A stretch of 63,617 bases of DNA, counting the filler, from Choristocarpus tenellus KU-1152 (lineage: Eukaryota > Protista > Phaeophyceae), in the NCBI GenBank assembly GCA_964200185.2. It is 12 parts of 12 records of this genome, joined end to end, with 100 filler letters (N's around TTAATTAATTAA, not from the genome) between each part and the next. Parts side by side here need not be neighbours in the genome. Positions count along the whole stretch, not along the records: positions 1 to 7,932 come from CAXNAD020005375.1; positions 8,033 to 11,154 come from CAXNAD020022166.1; positions 11,255 to 16,330 come from CAXNAD020011954.1; 9 more parts are not named here. One strand, written 5' to 3'. This document shows positions 1 to 13,559 of this stretch, one piece after another. Position 1 is the stretch's first letter. Each line of letters begins with the position of its first letter. Position numbers and translations under genes: made by a program. The notes below the pieces were generated by a model that saw only the letters and a list, made by a program, of their open reading frames with translations, had not been told where the DNA came from and did no database searches.

Positions 1-2925
1 CCCCCAGATACTTTGACCCCCAATGAATGGAAAATTGCAATAATACTGAAGGGGAGACTTGATTTGACCTCTTTTTATTTTGACATAAGACTCTGCTCCA
101 GAGTTACCTGCTTCTGTCCTTGTCTTGATAGTGTACTGTGTCGATAACTACAGTTTGTGCATAGTAATAGTAAGGACACTAATGGTGTGCTGATGAGTAG
201 TTTTAAAATCAGAGTTGGGTATGTTTTGGTACTCCTGGACCTAAGCAGAGGCGTGTATCCTCAATTGTCATATTTCCTTGTACTGTTCTCACAGAGGTGT
301 CACGTTTTTGTATGCGTTTTTTTTTGTGCATCTGTCATTGTTCAGTAAATTGTTGAGAATGGGGAGTTGTTAGTGTGAAGGGCATTATTTATTTTTTTCT
401 TTATGCCTCACCCCTGTTGGTGTGTGTATAATGCTTGATGATGTTTGACACAATCTGGAAGGTTGTACTTTTTTATTTTTTATAATCCCTGGCCTTGGTT
501 TGTGTGTGTAATGCTCTTGATGGTGTTTGTTATTATAGTGCTCTTTTTTTAGTTACTCTGGGGGTGCTTATTATATCATGCCGCTGCTTAGGATGTGGTC
601 TGTTGTGTGTTGTATGGGCCTTACCTTCCTGGTGTGTTGGTGGGATTCGCCATTGGAGTCCTATGATACTAATAATAGTGACTGAGTACTACCTGTGCTA
701 CACGAGTGTTCTATCTTGATATTGGTTGTTGTGTTGCTTGCTCAGGATTATTTTGGTCCTGAACACAACTTGCATTTATGATGAGGAATAGAGAGGGAAA
801 CGTTTTTGTGATACATGCCTATTTCCACCAACTTGTCTTTTGTGTATATGTGTTTACTATTATATATATTACAGATACACTCCTGTACACTATTTCAGAA
901 GGAAGTAGTAATCAAGATTGTCTCATTTTCTAGGCATTTTCGTAAATTCAACTTGCTGTGAAATTTGTTAAATCGGTCAGATGTAGTTGCAAATATCTCG
1001 TTCTATGTATGGTGTTTACTCCTGATGAGGCAATCGGGTGAAAACTTATGATTTGAGCTTCAAGTCAGTGTAACACTTGACATTTATCTCTAAACATTCA
1101 GCTGTTGGTGTCTGCCCAAAAATTGAAAAGTCCTTTAACACATCGTGATAGTTCTCTTATTCTATGGGTTGCACTTGGACAGTAGGGAAGACCATACTTG
1201 GTGCTAAGGGAGATGAGGTGCAGATGGGAAGGTGTGAGCGATTTTGGCTTGTGCCTTGAAGTCAATCTTGAGTTATGGATGCCCCAAGCAAGGGGGTCTG
1301 AGGTGGTGAACAGTAATAAAAGCAAGAGGTTGAGAGGGCGGGGCCTCAGTGTCACCTCCAGATGAGGGGATGCTGTAAAGAAAAAGAGGGGGAGGCTAAG
1401 GAAATATCAGGCAAGGGGCTACAGGAGTGTGGTGAGGAAGAAGTAGGTTAAGGATGCCGCCAGAGGTAATGGTCAAGAGGTTAGAGAAGCTGATACCAAA
1501 ATGCAAATGGAGAAACTTGGGTTGGTCGGTGGAGAGGTCTATTCTGAGGGACTGGCACGTGTACTGGTGATCATTTACTACCGGGTTGTAATTCACAATG
1601 ATATGGGTCAAACTGTGGTGATGGAGGCTGTCCATTGAGCTGAGGGAGTGGGATATGACAAGATGTTTCACAATTGGAAAAGTTGGAAGGAAAGAGGGGA
1701 GATCTTTTGCGCTTCTGGGGCTGGGAGGGGGAGTGTTCAGGGGAACTCTGATAAGAGGTGAAAGCTTTTAAAACGGCAGGCTGATGAGGTGGAACTCTTC
1801 ATCTATGCACAGCACTTGTTGGGAAATGTATTGTTTGGAGGATTTAGTGGCCTAGTTGAAGACGAGGTTAGAGACGAAACTCTCATTGAGGGGTCTGGTT
1901 GCCATCGTGAAGTGCTTGGGCTATGTGCGGAGAAGGGGTTGAATGAAGACCCCACCTCCGACAGAGGAGAGGATAACACATACTCACAGGTTGATGGTTG
2001 AATACCGGGGGGCCTTAAAGTAGGAAGGCGAAGGGGTCAGTTGCTGTTGTGTACGTGGGCGAATCCTTTTGCCCTCACCTGCAAGGCTCAGTATTGTAAG
2101 ACCACACCGGTCTGAATAACCAAAACATATCCTGTGGGTCCTGTGTATATCAGCATTCCAATGAGATAGGTTTTGTGTCATGAATAGGCGAAACCATTGT
2201 GAAATTATGAAAACAGGAAGGATACCGCATAAAGCATAATTGTTCCCCTTAGTCAGATTATGTTCGTCCTATTGCATGCTGTATTGTAAGTTGAAGGTGC
2301 TACTACAGCTTGATTCGTGCCTTAGGGTGCCAATTTTCGTTCCATATATATTTCATGGGATGAATCGACCTGTAGCAGATTTTAGAACATTTTGAAAGCC
2401 TCCAGTCTATTTTGGGGGGCCAATGCGTTTTCTTCAAGTTCTTTGTAAAAATAAAAGCCTGTGTCTTTGATTCTGCCTGGTGTTAGGGACTCAAATATAT
2501 GGCTTGCCCCCATGTTTCCAACGACATTTTGTTTATATGCATATTTGTATAATGTGACATGACTCTCAGCCCAATTTTCTTGGTTGGAAGAAATACATTG
2601 ACTAGGTCTGCCTTCTGCTACACAAAGTGGACAAAAATTGCTTTGGAAAATTTAGTGCAAGAATAGCCAGCATCTTCAATAGGGTTTTTGATTCAGTCGG
2701 TGATACAGATGACTTAGAATGGAACTGTCAACTGTATATGTGGGGTTGTTGTACTATTCAGAGGTAATTGTATTACACTTCTCTGTTGACTTCTGATCTT
2801 GTACTTGGCGGAATTACAGAATTTCCCAATTATTGGTTGGCCTGCTGAGCAATATGCTTCTGTTTAAAATGTTGTGAACCAATATGTATGATTGTCTGGT
2901 GGCTGTGCCTGATGTTTATTGGCAG

Positions 2926-5900
2926 GATGTGACCAACAAGGTGAGCCTGATGCACTGCTTGGCGAGCTGGTGTAAGAGGGCGCACCCGGACCTGATGAAT
3001 GTCAGTGATGACTTTCCTGATGTGGAGGAGGTGAGGGTATCATGCTGTGCTGTTCAGTGGGAGTTCTTGTTTGTTGTTGGTGGGATTGTGGTTTCAGGAA
3101 GGGTGGTGTGTGGGGGTTGTTGTGTGTTGTGAATTTATAGTCTGTTTTGTCTAATGCATTTTTTTGTTTTGCACTGTTGTAGTTGGCACAATTTAATTGA
3201 TATCTTTTATTGTATGTATTGCAGTAAAATTTTTGTCATCATTGTACTTGATATGTGCGTAAAACTTACCTTTTATTGGCACTTTATTCAGTTCATGTGT
3301 AAGTGGATTCGCTGTCAGTTCAACTGCATATTGTAGAGCTTAAGTATTTTGTTGCATTTCTTGTGGAGGACAAAACAGAAAGGGAGTTTGAGCATAGGGT
3401 GTACTTGTTTGCCAGTCAGCAGCAACCAGCTTTGTGTTCGTCAGCTGACATGTCTCCCATGCCTCTCACTGATGTTTTATTACCAAATCAAATACTGAAG
3501 GCGACTAAGACCCCGATGGCGCAGTGGAAGTTGGACTTTAAAGCCATGGAAACATGTATCAAGACCTTGGAGGGTCAGGTGAATGGGCAGAGTGTGCTCG
3601 TTCTTGTGAAGCTTGTAATGTCTTGTTTTGATTTTTTCAATATTGCTATTGTGATGCATTTGAGTCTTCTGTGACTGATTTAGCCAACACCTTCCTTTCT
3701 CTCCTCCTTCCAAATGCATTCAACTGGACGATGTGATATTGATGGTCTCTTTTAGCTGACAATTGCTAAGAAGTCAGCAGGTCCACCGGGGGACCGCTTT
3801 TTGGAGGTAATGGAGCCTTTCCTGGTTGAGGCTAAGAGTGCTCAGGAAAGCCTTCAGAAACGGTAAGAAATGGGTAGATGAAAAAACATCCATTCCCCCC
3901 TCCACCTCTGGAGCATATCATGTGTATCCCCAGGTCATGTCATTTTCACAGGCACTCAAATGAATCCTGAGAGATATCCTCCACCCCTTAGAATGGATAG
4001 TGGTTGTATGTATGTACATCGTGTTTCAGTACCTGGTCTGCACCCTATACTATGATTTCACGACAAAATTGCAATAATCCATGACATGAAAGCCTGGAAA
4101 GTCAACTTCAGGGTGAGATTTTTTTTTTTGGGGGGGGGTGCGAGATAACCCCTCTCGACCTGAAAGGTGTCCTTGAAGGGAAGAAATATATTGGTTTGTT
4201 ATGCGTTGCCACTTACGTACGTACCCGAAAATAATATACAAGGTGGAACAGGAGAAATGATAATGGAAAAAACCTCTTCAAGAATATCCATCTGGGAGGC
4301 ACTCAATTGGATACCCTCAAGACGTCTTGCACTTACAGGGTGCACTGTGCTTTGACATACACTGTCTCTCAGAATGTACACCACCAACCACAATAGGCTC
4401 CATCCTATGAGAGCACTTTGCACAGTAATAAAAGCAGGCCCTTATCCCGCACTCATAGGGCCTAGCACTAATAGGGTATGGCTACACCCATCGTTACTGC
4501 CCCCTCGGTGCAGTCACACCTGAGATGTAGAATAGTCATGTATGACTGCAAAATGGTGTTCATGAATATCTCAACATCCATGGCAAGGCGTATGTTGGAC
4601 ACCCTAACCTTTTATCGCTTGAGTTTTTTCCACTGGCAATGAGTTGACAAGGACATCTTTCACTACAAAATATCACAAGTTAAGAGGCACAGGACAGCCC
4701 ATCTGTTATGGTCTGTATGGATTTACGTTACACCACCCCGATGTCTATGGAACTATGTGTGAAAAAAAGTCTGTAACTCAAGTTACATGTTGTGGCTTCG
4801 GTTGTGAATGCGTGAATGGTGATTGGTGGGAACCGTGACTGTTTTGATGCGACTGGATGGTTATCTGTGGTTAGGGATGTATAGGGTAGGAGGGGTGCTG
4901 CTGCCAAGTGTTTTCTTTAGGGGTAGGCTGTCAATTATATCGTGATGAAAGTGTCGATTATTATGTTGATCGGGACATTGGAGGCCAGTGGGACTGTGAT
5001 GTTGTGGTGTTTGTTCACCAACACCAATAAAAGTGATCTGGTTTATGGCCTTCCTGTCAAAATTGATATACGGCTGTTCACCAGAGTAGATAGTCATGTG
5101 ACTGCCTCTGCTTTGGTGGAACATTGACATACTACTATTTGAAAAAACCATAGACTGTAACCTTATCCAGTGTAGTCCGTGGACCATCACCCCCATTTGT
5201 TGTGTGCTCTCCCTGAGTAGTCGTCTCCATCTTCACGTCTGTCATTGAGCCTGTGCCCCCCAGATCCTCCCCTTCACATTCTATGTTTTATGTTCCTACT
5301 GTAGGGAGTAGGGAAAGCAGTCCAGCCAGGATTTGATCCGAATCTCTGGTTCATTTGTCCCAGCAAAATAGTGGTGACTCAATATTTTACATGTCTGTGG
5401 TGTTGTATGTAAGTGCATTGTGTACTGGACTAAAGCGTAACCCTACTTTAGATGCTTTGTATTGCCTTTGTGGGTTATAATCCTCCTTGAGTCTTCCTCA
5501 AGGTGGTGACCTGACTGTCTTTGTGTGTGTGTGTGTTTGTCAGATAATTCTATTTTTGTTTTGGCCTTGGTTGATAAGGTGGTGTGTCCTGAAAATTAAG
5601 TGCCATAGCATTGGGTTTTTTGTCTTCAAAGAAATTGGTACATGGAGTGCCCAGGATGTGGTAGATGGCTTCTTATCATTTCTTTTTTAGTGTTGTGGTA
5701 ACTGTTCCGCTATTGCTGTTGTTTTTGTTTGTAATATTTTTATTACTCTTGTGCTGTGTTTAGTGAAGACTAACCCTAACCCTAACTATGTGTGTATTGC
5801 ACTGTTTGTTGTTAATAACGATAATAATAAAAGTATTGGATACTGTGTTGTAAGTACTAGCATTGTGAACTTCCGACAATTTGATTGAGTCAATTTACTT

Positions 5901-7857
5901 AGGCAATGGCGAATGACCAAGATGAGAATCGAAACCTCTTGAACAGCAGATTTCTTTTAACTTCAAATTCCCTTGCTTTGTGTGCATGCCTCACTCCATT
6001 CAATGAAGTAAATTGAATCTGTTTGACCTGATTCATGATACTCTGACAGATTTGTTTGATTCCTGACATTGTTATCTTTATTACACCTGTCTTCCCATTT
6101 GTGTGTGTTTGCATGCCTCACTTGTCTATCTCTATTGAAGGTTTGATGAATCCGAAGAAATGGCCACAGCACTAATTGTTAACTTCTCAGAGGATCCCAA
6201 GAAGATGGGCATAGATGACTTCATGAGGGAGTTACTGGAGTTCCTGAGGCGGTTTGACCGGGCACAGGTGGAGAACGCTGCCAGGGAGCTCAAGGTGAGA
6301 GTCGGGGTATGGATATGGAGAAGATAGGAGTAGAAATGTTTGCTTGAAGTTGGGTTTTTTTGCTGCAATGACTTTTTATTTGTAAGGTGTGCTTTTGGGG
6401 CAGTCAAGTGTATTTTCTGTTGTATCAAGTGGTCAATTGTTCTGGGTGTTGAGTATACTTGTCTATTGATTAAAATATATTTTGTTCATTAATTTTAGGG
6501 TTAGGGTTATATTTGTAAATTGGCGTGCTGCGTGTTAATTGTGGTAAGTGTTGTTATTATTTCATGGATGTGGGCGAGGGCTCGCAGTGTACTGCAGTTG
6601 TATATATGGTTACAATTTTGAGAAAAGAGTTGAATAGGAAGAAACCTCTGTGTGTTAGAGAGATGAAAGCACTTCTGCTTCTTTGTGTCAAAGATTTAGA
6701 TTTTGCTGCTGTGTTAAGACAACAAGATATCCAACTCCGCGTTGGAAAGATAAAAAAAAAACTGCAAAACTGCGGTGTCGGGCATGTGTTAATCTGGGAT
6801 GAAAATAGATGGAATGGAATGAAATGGAGGAAAAGGAATGAGGTGAAGTAATGTCCCCCACCCCTGAATCCCTCTTTCATGATCCCATCTTCCTATGGCA
6901 ATGACTGTTTCTTGAGTAGGAGAAGAAGGCTAGAGAGAAGAGGGAGAGGGCAGAGTTGAAGAAAAAACAGATGGCGGCTAAGAGGAGCGCTGTAAAGGAG
7001 GCAGACAATTTGGTGAGTGGTGGTACTTGTTCTTTCTTGAGATACATATATATATATATTTATGTATGTTTGGGTACTGTTGATGCGGATGGGACATTGT
7101 TGGTTTAGCTTTTTGAATTGCCGGATGGTAGGAGTGTGATAATGACACTGTTGGTTTGTTGGTTTGTGTGGTTTATGTAATGTCCCTGGTTCATAAGATG
7201 GTGAGTGGTATTGGACTATGTGGTTGATAGTAGAGCTGCTACGGGTTTGTTGAGATGGGTTGCAGAGAATCTGGTGTATAGTACTCTAGTGCACTGTAAT
7301 TTTGTGATTTACATTGTTCTTAGATGGGAAAAGTAGGCAGAAGGCAGGGGTTTTTTTGAATTGTTGAATATTTTTGTTGTGTGTTCGTGTGTATGCATGT
7401 AGGTACCTATGTGGTTAATCATATTTCAGTCAATTTTGATAATACAAAAAAAACAAAAGTTGAAAAAAATGGGTATGTGTTAGGGTTAGGGATAGTGTAG
7501 AGACTGGAGGTAGGAGGGATCGTCACAATCTGTCATATATCCCACATCTCACTTTTGCAACGTGCACTACATCGAGCATCCCTGCATATATCAAAGACAG
7601 GAAGAGAATGGAATAGATCAGTTAGGTGTTTTTGTGACGTACACACTACCTCACAGGTGGACAATGTGTTTGGCAAGATGAAGCATCGTGATGCAGCAGC
7701 AGTCCTGGGAGATATGGAGAAGCAAGATAGGAGAGTTAGCAGGGCTCGTGGCGGGGGTCCACCCCCTGCAGCCCAAGAGGTAGTGGCTGCTGTGGCAGCG
7801 GAGGGGGCTGGGAGTGGTGGTTCTGGGGGAACTCAGAGGCAAAGGGCTTCATCCAAG
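2926..7857 (+). CDS. Formin (FH2 domain C-terminal half plus DAD-like tail), partial, 6 exons
   Basis: Exons 2926-3030, 3501-3578, 3756-3862, 6141-6294, 6920-7012 and 7657-7857 have GT/AG boundaries and compatible phases. They splice to DVTNKVSLMHCLASWCKRAHPDL...GDRFLEVMEPFLVEA...NFSEDPKKMGIDDFMRELLEFLRRFDRAQVEN...NLVDNVFGKMK, matching FH2 motifs (K-x-[TS]L[LM]H, D-x-F-x3-M-x2-F, F-x-EDP...FF...F...A..EN). 5' and 3' exons not found. Confidence 0.9.
4540..4680 (+). mobile_element. Highly degenerate Ty3/Gypsy integrase zinc-binding remnant in a formin intron
   Basis: Frame-hopping translation gives IHGKAYVGHP ... FFHWQ*VDKDIFHY, resembling the integrase H-x5-GH-P-G ... F[YH]WP-x-M-x-KDI-x2-Y segment. 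Stops and frameshifts are present. Confidence 0.4.
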
Positions 7858-7932
7858 GTGTGTGGGGTTGATGAGTGATGGTGATGATAATAGGGTTGCT
7901 TGTGCCGGGGTGGGGGGGGGGAGAGGGACTGC

Positions 7933-8032
7933 NNNNNNNNNNNNNNNNNNNNNNNNNNNNNNNNNNNNNNNNNNNNTTAATTAATTAANNNNNNNNNNNN
8001 NNNNNNNNNNNNNNNNNNNNNNNNNNNNNNNN
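7933..8032. other. Artificial 100-bp assembly spacer N44-TTAATTAATTAA-N44 (first of 11)
   Basis: Identical spacers start at 7933, 11155, 16331, 20880, 26407, 30759, 34248, 38710, 41890, 54283 and 59349. The linker puts stops in all six frames. Confidence 0.98.
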
Positions 8033-11000
8033 GTGGTGTATGCTCACCAGTTAGAGTACTAGTGCATCTTGGGAGTCTAGGGACTGTGTTAGGGGGGGGT
8101 TCTCTACATTCAGCTGATCTGGGCATATTGGTAGAGAGTCTGTGGTACTTGAATGGTCGGGTTGTGGGAGTTATTGATGCTTGCCATTCTCCTAGGGCTG
8201 ACAGGGGTGCATTGTTATCATGAGGTCGGGGTGTCACAGCTCGAACAAAAGGTATCCATGATGAATTTGGAGCTGGTCGAAAGCCTTCCCCCTCTCGAAA
8301 TAACAGTACGCTCTTGTTCTTCCTACAGAATGCGGCTCCCAGAACCATCCCGTAAGGTAAGCCTTCCACTACTCTAAATGTCACATTGTGGACTCTATCC
8401 TCTGGGGGGAACAATATCGGCAGTATGCAGGATCCTAGCACCTGCATAGGTGGAATACTGCATCCTTTCGGGTTTGCCGCACGCAACGTTCCCTTACCAG
8501 TTTGGTTAAGGTGTGGTAAGCCGGTGCTACCTCCCCAAAGAGTAGTACTGCGCCCGAAAGCAGACGAGATGTAGTTCCCACCTCCTGCACCTGTGTCAAA
8601 GAGTATTTGTACAGGCATTCTCGAGCGGACTTTGCGAGGGTGCGACAGCAGTGCAGATAGCCATACTTGACTAGTTCGTTGGGCAGTTGACATAGTGGAT
8701 ATGTTCGAGGCAAGTGTGGGGGTTATACTTCCTATGGCTACAGTGACTAAGTTCCCTGGAGCTGAAGACTCCAGGGCGCACCTTCAGGGCAACTCGGGAA
8801 CTTCAGAATCGGTCGAGCTGCTCGCAAATGGTGGAAACTCAATGTCTTGCATCGCGGCGAGGTAGTGCGAATGGGCATCTTTCAAGGCTACCATCGTATG
8901 TGACTCGTTCGCTGGGGTGGTACTTGGCTTATCTTGGGACAGATATGCAAAGTAACCCTTAGGTACTACGGAGTCGTCGTGAGTATACCTGCGCCTGCGA
9001 CCTATAGACTTGAAGCATTCGCGACCAAAGGCATGATGGAAACATACTCGATGTGCCTTGAGCCACTCGACCACCTCATCTTGGGAAGCAGATGGCTAAG
9101 GTAAATCCTTAACCGAATGGTGGCGACCTGCATCGCTCGCTCTGTCTGTGGTTAGAGAGGACGTGGATCGGGGCACAGACTGGGTGGCGGGTGTTGCTGG
9201 GTGAACGGGCGTGGATGCATTGCTCTTCGAAACGAACGTGGTAACATGTTTCCCAGTAGCAGAAGCAGGTTGGTTTGTCAACGCAGCACAGACAATGGGC
9301 AGGGTTTTTTGGGACAAAACAGGTTGGAGCATCGGTGCGAGGGCTGCCAGCACACTGTTGACAACTTCTTGACGTGGTGATGGTGTCTGGCTTGGCACTC
9401 CTGTGGCAAGAATGTCCAGCTATGTTGAGGAAAATCCAGTTCCTGTCTGCCTACCGGGGTATCAACTGGGGCAGACAAAGGGTCGGACATGCTTGCAAAC
9501 ATAGCACGAGCGTTAGCCATGCTACCTAAAGCAGTAGGTGTCCTATCTTTAGACGACGCAGGTTTTGTAGCATTTTGATTGGTTGGGAAAAATGCGTACT
9601 GGTCGCTACGATTGGACAATTCTTCGATAAGATCGTCAAAGATCCGCTCTGCTTTAATTCCCCGCTGTAACATTTCATCTCCTAAAGGATTATTCTCGGA
9701 AATTGCCAGTGGGCGAATTTGGTTCCGAATCTCCTTTCGAAATGAAAATGCCATTGACTGTACTCCAATCTGATCTAGAACATTGGGAAGAAGGATAGGA
9801 AGAGCTCGTTCGCAAAGATCAATGAGTTGATCTTCAGCTATATACCTCCAAAAGAAAGTTGTCTCGCAAACATGAGGCATCCGCGAATCTACGGTGTACG
9901 CTCGATAATGCAAGACAAGCCTGTTGGCTGCAGCTTTCCACGATTCCCCTCTCTCGGTCCTTAAAGAACTCATTGCGTTCTTTACGGCATTTTTTTACTG
10001 ACTATACGAAAGGATGCATTCTCTCACCAGGATACGGGCCCACTCGGTCGCTGTCATGTCTTCCCGAGGAACCCAAAGGAGGTGTCTGGTGACGCTTGGG
10101 ACTTCCACTGTAGATGAGTTACTTAGGAGATCACTGTGGGTCCTAAGAGAGTCAGACAGTAGTTGCTCAAGAAGCTCGATACGGAAAGGAGTAAGGGCAT
10201 CACTACATGGACGTGATGTATTACGATAGTGGAAACAATATTTGGGTAAGGCCCACGATCCTCCTTGAACCCTCCCTAAAGCCTAGGTAAGAGCGTCAGC
10301 GAAAAAAACGGGATTGTTTGACATGGTTGGGGCGGAGTTATCTGCAGGTACTCCAAGAAAGACGGGGCCGTGGGCAGGGTCTCCGAGTTTCCTATGAATG
10401 CGTTCCATGGTTTTAACATAATCTTGGTGATGATGCATATCGAGGTTGCGCTCTTGCCTATCGGGTCGTGACTCACGTGCCTCTGCTCAAATACACAACT
10501 CATTATTCTCTCTTCGCAACTCTGCCTCAACCTCTCTGGACCGATGTACCGTACTCAGGCTCTTCCTTCGAGATTGTCTGGGTGATACAGACCTGTGCGG
10601 AGAAGAATAATCACTGGTCTGACGGTGACGACGCGGTGAACGGGTGCGGCCTCTCTATGTTCTTCTCTGGTCCGCCTTCCGTGTCGATGAGAGTGTCTGT
10701 CCCGGGATCGCGACCTGGAGTGGGATCTACCACAAGTGGAAGACCGGAAACGAACGCGCTCTCTGCACCTGTCTCGACGTTCAGTAGCGTGGACACAACT
10801 GCGACCAGAATTGCCTTGAGTTGCAGTACTGGACTGGAATCTCTCGGAATCATCAATTCCTTGGAGAGTCTGTGGGTCGGAGACGACCTCAGCTTCTTGC
10901 GAATGCTGGGGGCTGGACATGTCTGTATACCTGGGGGGTAAGAGGGCAAGATGGCAACCAAAAGCGAACAAAAATGTGTGAGTAAAGGAACGCAGAACAA
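8033..11000 (-). mobile_element. Ty3/Gypsy-like LTR retrotransposon, gag plus aspartic protease region, disrupted
   Basis: ORF 8033-8693 has a retropepsin active site (VQILFDTGAGGGNYIS) and a C-terminal MVLGAAF motif. Upstream intron-free gag-like ORFs lie at 9278-9973, 9096-9398 and 8784-9074. RT/IN would lie beyond the gap. No LTR identified. Confidence 0.75.
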
Positions 11001-13559
11001 ATGACTACCTAGGCAATGTGCAAATTACCTTGGAAGGTAATGCTATTTCTCAGTCGTGAAGATAAGAGAGTGTGAAGCCTCACACGACCCCCTTTGCTGA
11101 ACGTGAAAAAAGGAAAGGATGGTTGAAATTTAGAAGAGTGACCTTTGTGTATGGNNNNNNNNNNNNNNNNNNNNNNNNNNNNNNNNNNNNNNNNNNNNTT
11201 AATTAATTAANNNNNNNNNNNNNNNNNNNNNNNNNNNNNNNNNNNNNNNNNNNNCACCCCCCCCCCCCCCGTACATTTCCGCCTGGTGCTGCTCAAGCAC
11301 TGCCTGCCCCCCTCATCTTTTTTCCTCACAGGGGCATTCCCCCCGTATTTAATCACTCACAGCATTGTGCCCTGCAGTGCACCACCCTGGTCACAGAAAC
11401 TAAGCAGCAGTCCAATACGATCATTGCAAGTGAGACACGGGAGTGCTAAATAAAAGGTGTTATTCTAGCACCACACCACAGTCGCAACGGGTTCATCCAA
11501 ACTTGTGACATCACTGACGGTGGTGAAATTCTGGTGACAAGTAATAACAGCAAAGGAATCAAGCGCACAAGAGGACGTCATTGTGAGTGACACCTGGGAG
11601 AGGAAGAAAGAGCATCTTCGGCACAGGTTAGTCTGACTCACGGAGACGGACTCAGCAACACACACACACAAAAGTGGAGGCCACACTTCCACCTTTGGTC
11701 CCTTGGATCCCCCGCAGCTCCAACCACAAAACACTTTTCACATGTTGGAAAGTTCAGTGAAGGGAGTCCTTGCCCACATGCACCCACACAAAACAGATCC
11801 CGCGTTGTTTGTTTCAGGTGGAAGTAAGCAGGTTGCAAACGTTTTTCGTTGTTGTTGTTGGGATGATTGCCTACAAACCGCCCTCTGACATGTCATGAGG
11901 GACATAATTCCACTGGGAAAAATGAGTACGGACAGAGAGGCAACTGGTGCTAGTGCTAGACTACTACTGAACAACGTTCACTGAGAGTATGGAGCACAAA
12001 ACAAGTCAATTATCTCCGAATGAACATGTCTAACCCTGTGTGTCATAAACGGGTGCAAGCAAAGGCAAGTGCCCCCAATAGAGGCATTTACGTAGTTTTT
12101 TGTTGTTGTAGAAAAGTGAATCGGTTGATTGCGCAGCTCACCTTTGTTGCGAAATAGAGCAGGTTTTGCACTACTGCTGTTTTTAGGACCAAATATTCAT
12201 TGACCACTTCATTATTACAGGGAGTTTTATCAATAGACATAGTTCCGTCAGGGGTACCCACCCACCCACCCACAAGAACATTATTTACGGGTCTTCTAAA
12301 GTCGCATGTCCAAAAACCCCCCAAAAACTGCCCATGCACAGTTGAAGGCTCCGATCTACAGTAATGTAACCACAAGGAGACAAATACTACCACACTGTGG
12401 CAAATTACTGACACAAAGAGGGTCGCACATCCTTCTACTCTCGATCATTGAGGTAACTTTGGGGCGGCCGATCTAAGGCCCATTCCCAATGGTACAAATC
12501 TTGTGCTGAACTTTTTGCCGAATGAACTGTTGAAGATCCGAAAACAGAGCATTTTGTTCTTAATGACTGTCAACTAAATAGTTTTTCATCACCGCCGTGG
12601 TGACATGCCACTACTTTCCGAGAAATACAAAAAAAATAAAAACGCGAAAAAAAAAGAGAAGAAAGCGATTGTCGACATTTTGGGTGTAAGTCTCCTGGGA
12701 GAAAAATGATCTTTACAGGAACAAAAACCCCACCTAGTGGTGCATATAGTACAGAGGAGAAAAAAAACAAGCCAGAAATCGGAAAAATGGTAGTCTATGC
12801 CAAACGACGTTCTCAAAAGTTACTCACTTTTCCGTTGCGAAATTTCCAGACTAACAAGAACAATAGCGGCAACCAGAGGGATTTGGAAGGACTTCTTGCA
12901 GTTAGGAACAGACTTAACCCCCCTCCAGTGCCAACGTGCCTCAGGGACCCATTATACTGCTCTTTGGCAAAATTTCTGTCATAGTGGGATATATCCTACA
13001 CATCCTACTCCTCAACAGTATCGAAATACCGTTGGGGAGGGCATCCAACCTCTTCTTGCAATATTTCTCCAATAGAAGGTAGCATACTACTACCGCAGTG
13101 AGGGCCCATCTAATCCCCTCCAACGTAGTGCCCTTTGGGGAGTTCCATTTTCTTTGAAAGAACTATCCATATAGAGCATTACCATTATCTTTCCATCCAT
13201 CCATCCATCCAAACCTACCTGAGACCCTTGTTTTATAACTTCTCATCTTTTCATTCTACTTACCACTTCATGATTCTTGAACAAGAGTCCCTATCTTTTC
13301 TCTGTCCCTCCCGTCCAATCCTTAAGTACAAAATTTGAGAATCTTCACCCTTATGCTCCCATCAAACTCACTGAGCACGCAGTCCAGCTTTACCATCCTC
13401 GGAGATAGGATGACAGCGCCCTTCAATGTGTGAGTCCCTCCTAGTCCGTCCACTATGAACGAGTTTGGCAATTGACCCGTCCTGCCATGCCCACGCCCCC
13501 CATCTCTCGTCGTTGGCCCTCCCTACTGGGAGAGGCCGAAGCCCTATGGTTTGGCCTGC

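Noticed and set aside
1098-2200. Possible TE relic in the formin upstream intron
   Set aside because: No motif recognisable with confidence in any frame.
4861-5196. Possible Copia RNase H remnant
   Set aside because: Only a faint STKAE-like match; too degenerate to call.
7977-7988. Recurring palindromic TTAATTAATTAA motif
   Set aside because: Always centred in a fixed 100-bp N spacer; an artificial six-frame stop linker.
12587-12603. 17-mer CATCACCGCCGTGGTGA repeated at 62650-62666
   Set aside because: No flanking homology; a single match of this length can arise by chance in a window this size.
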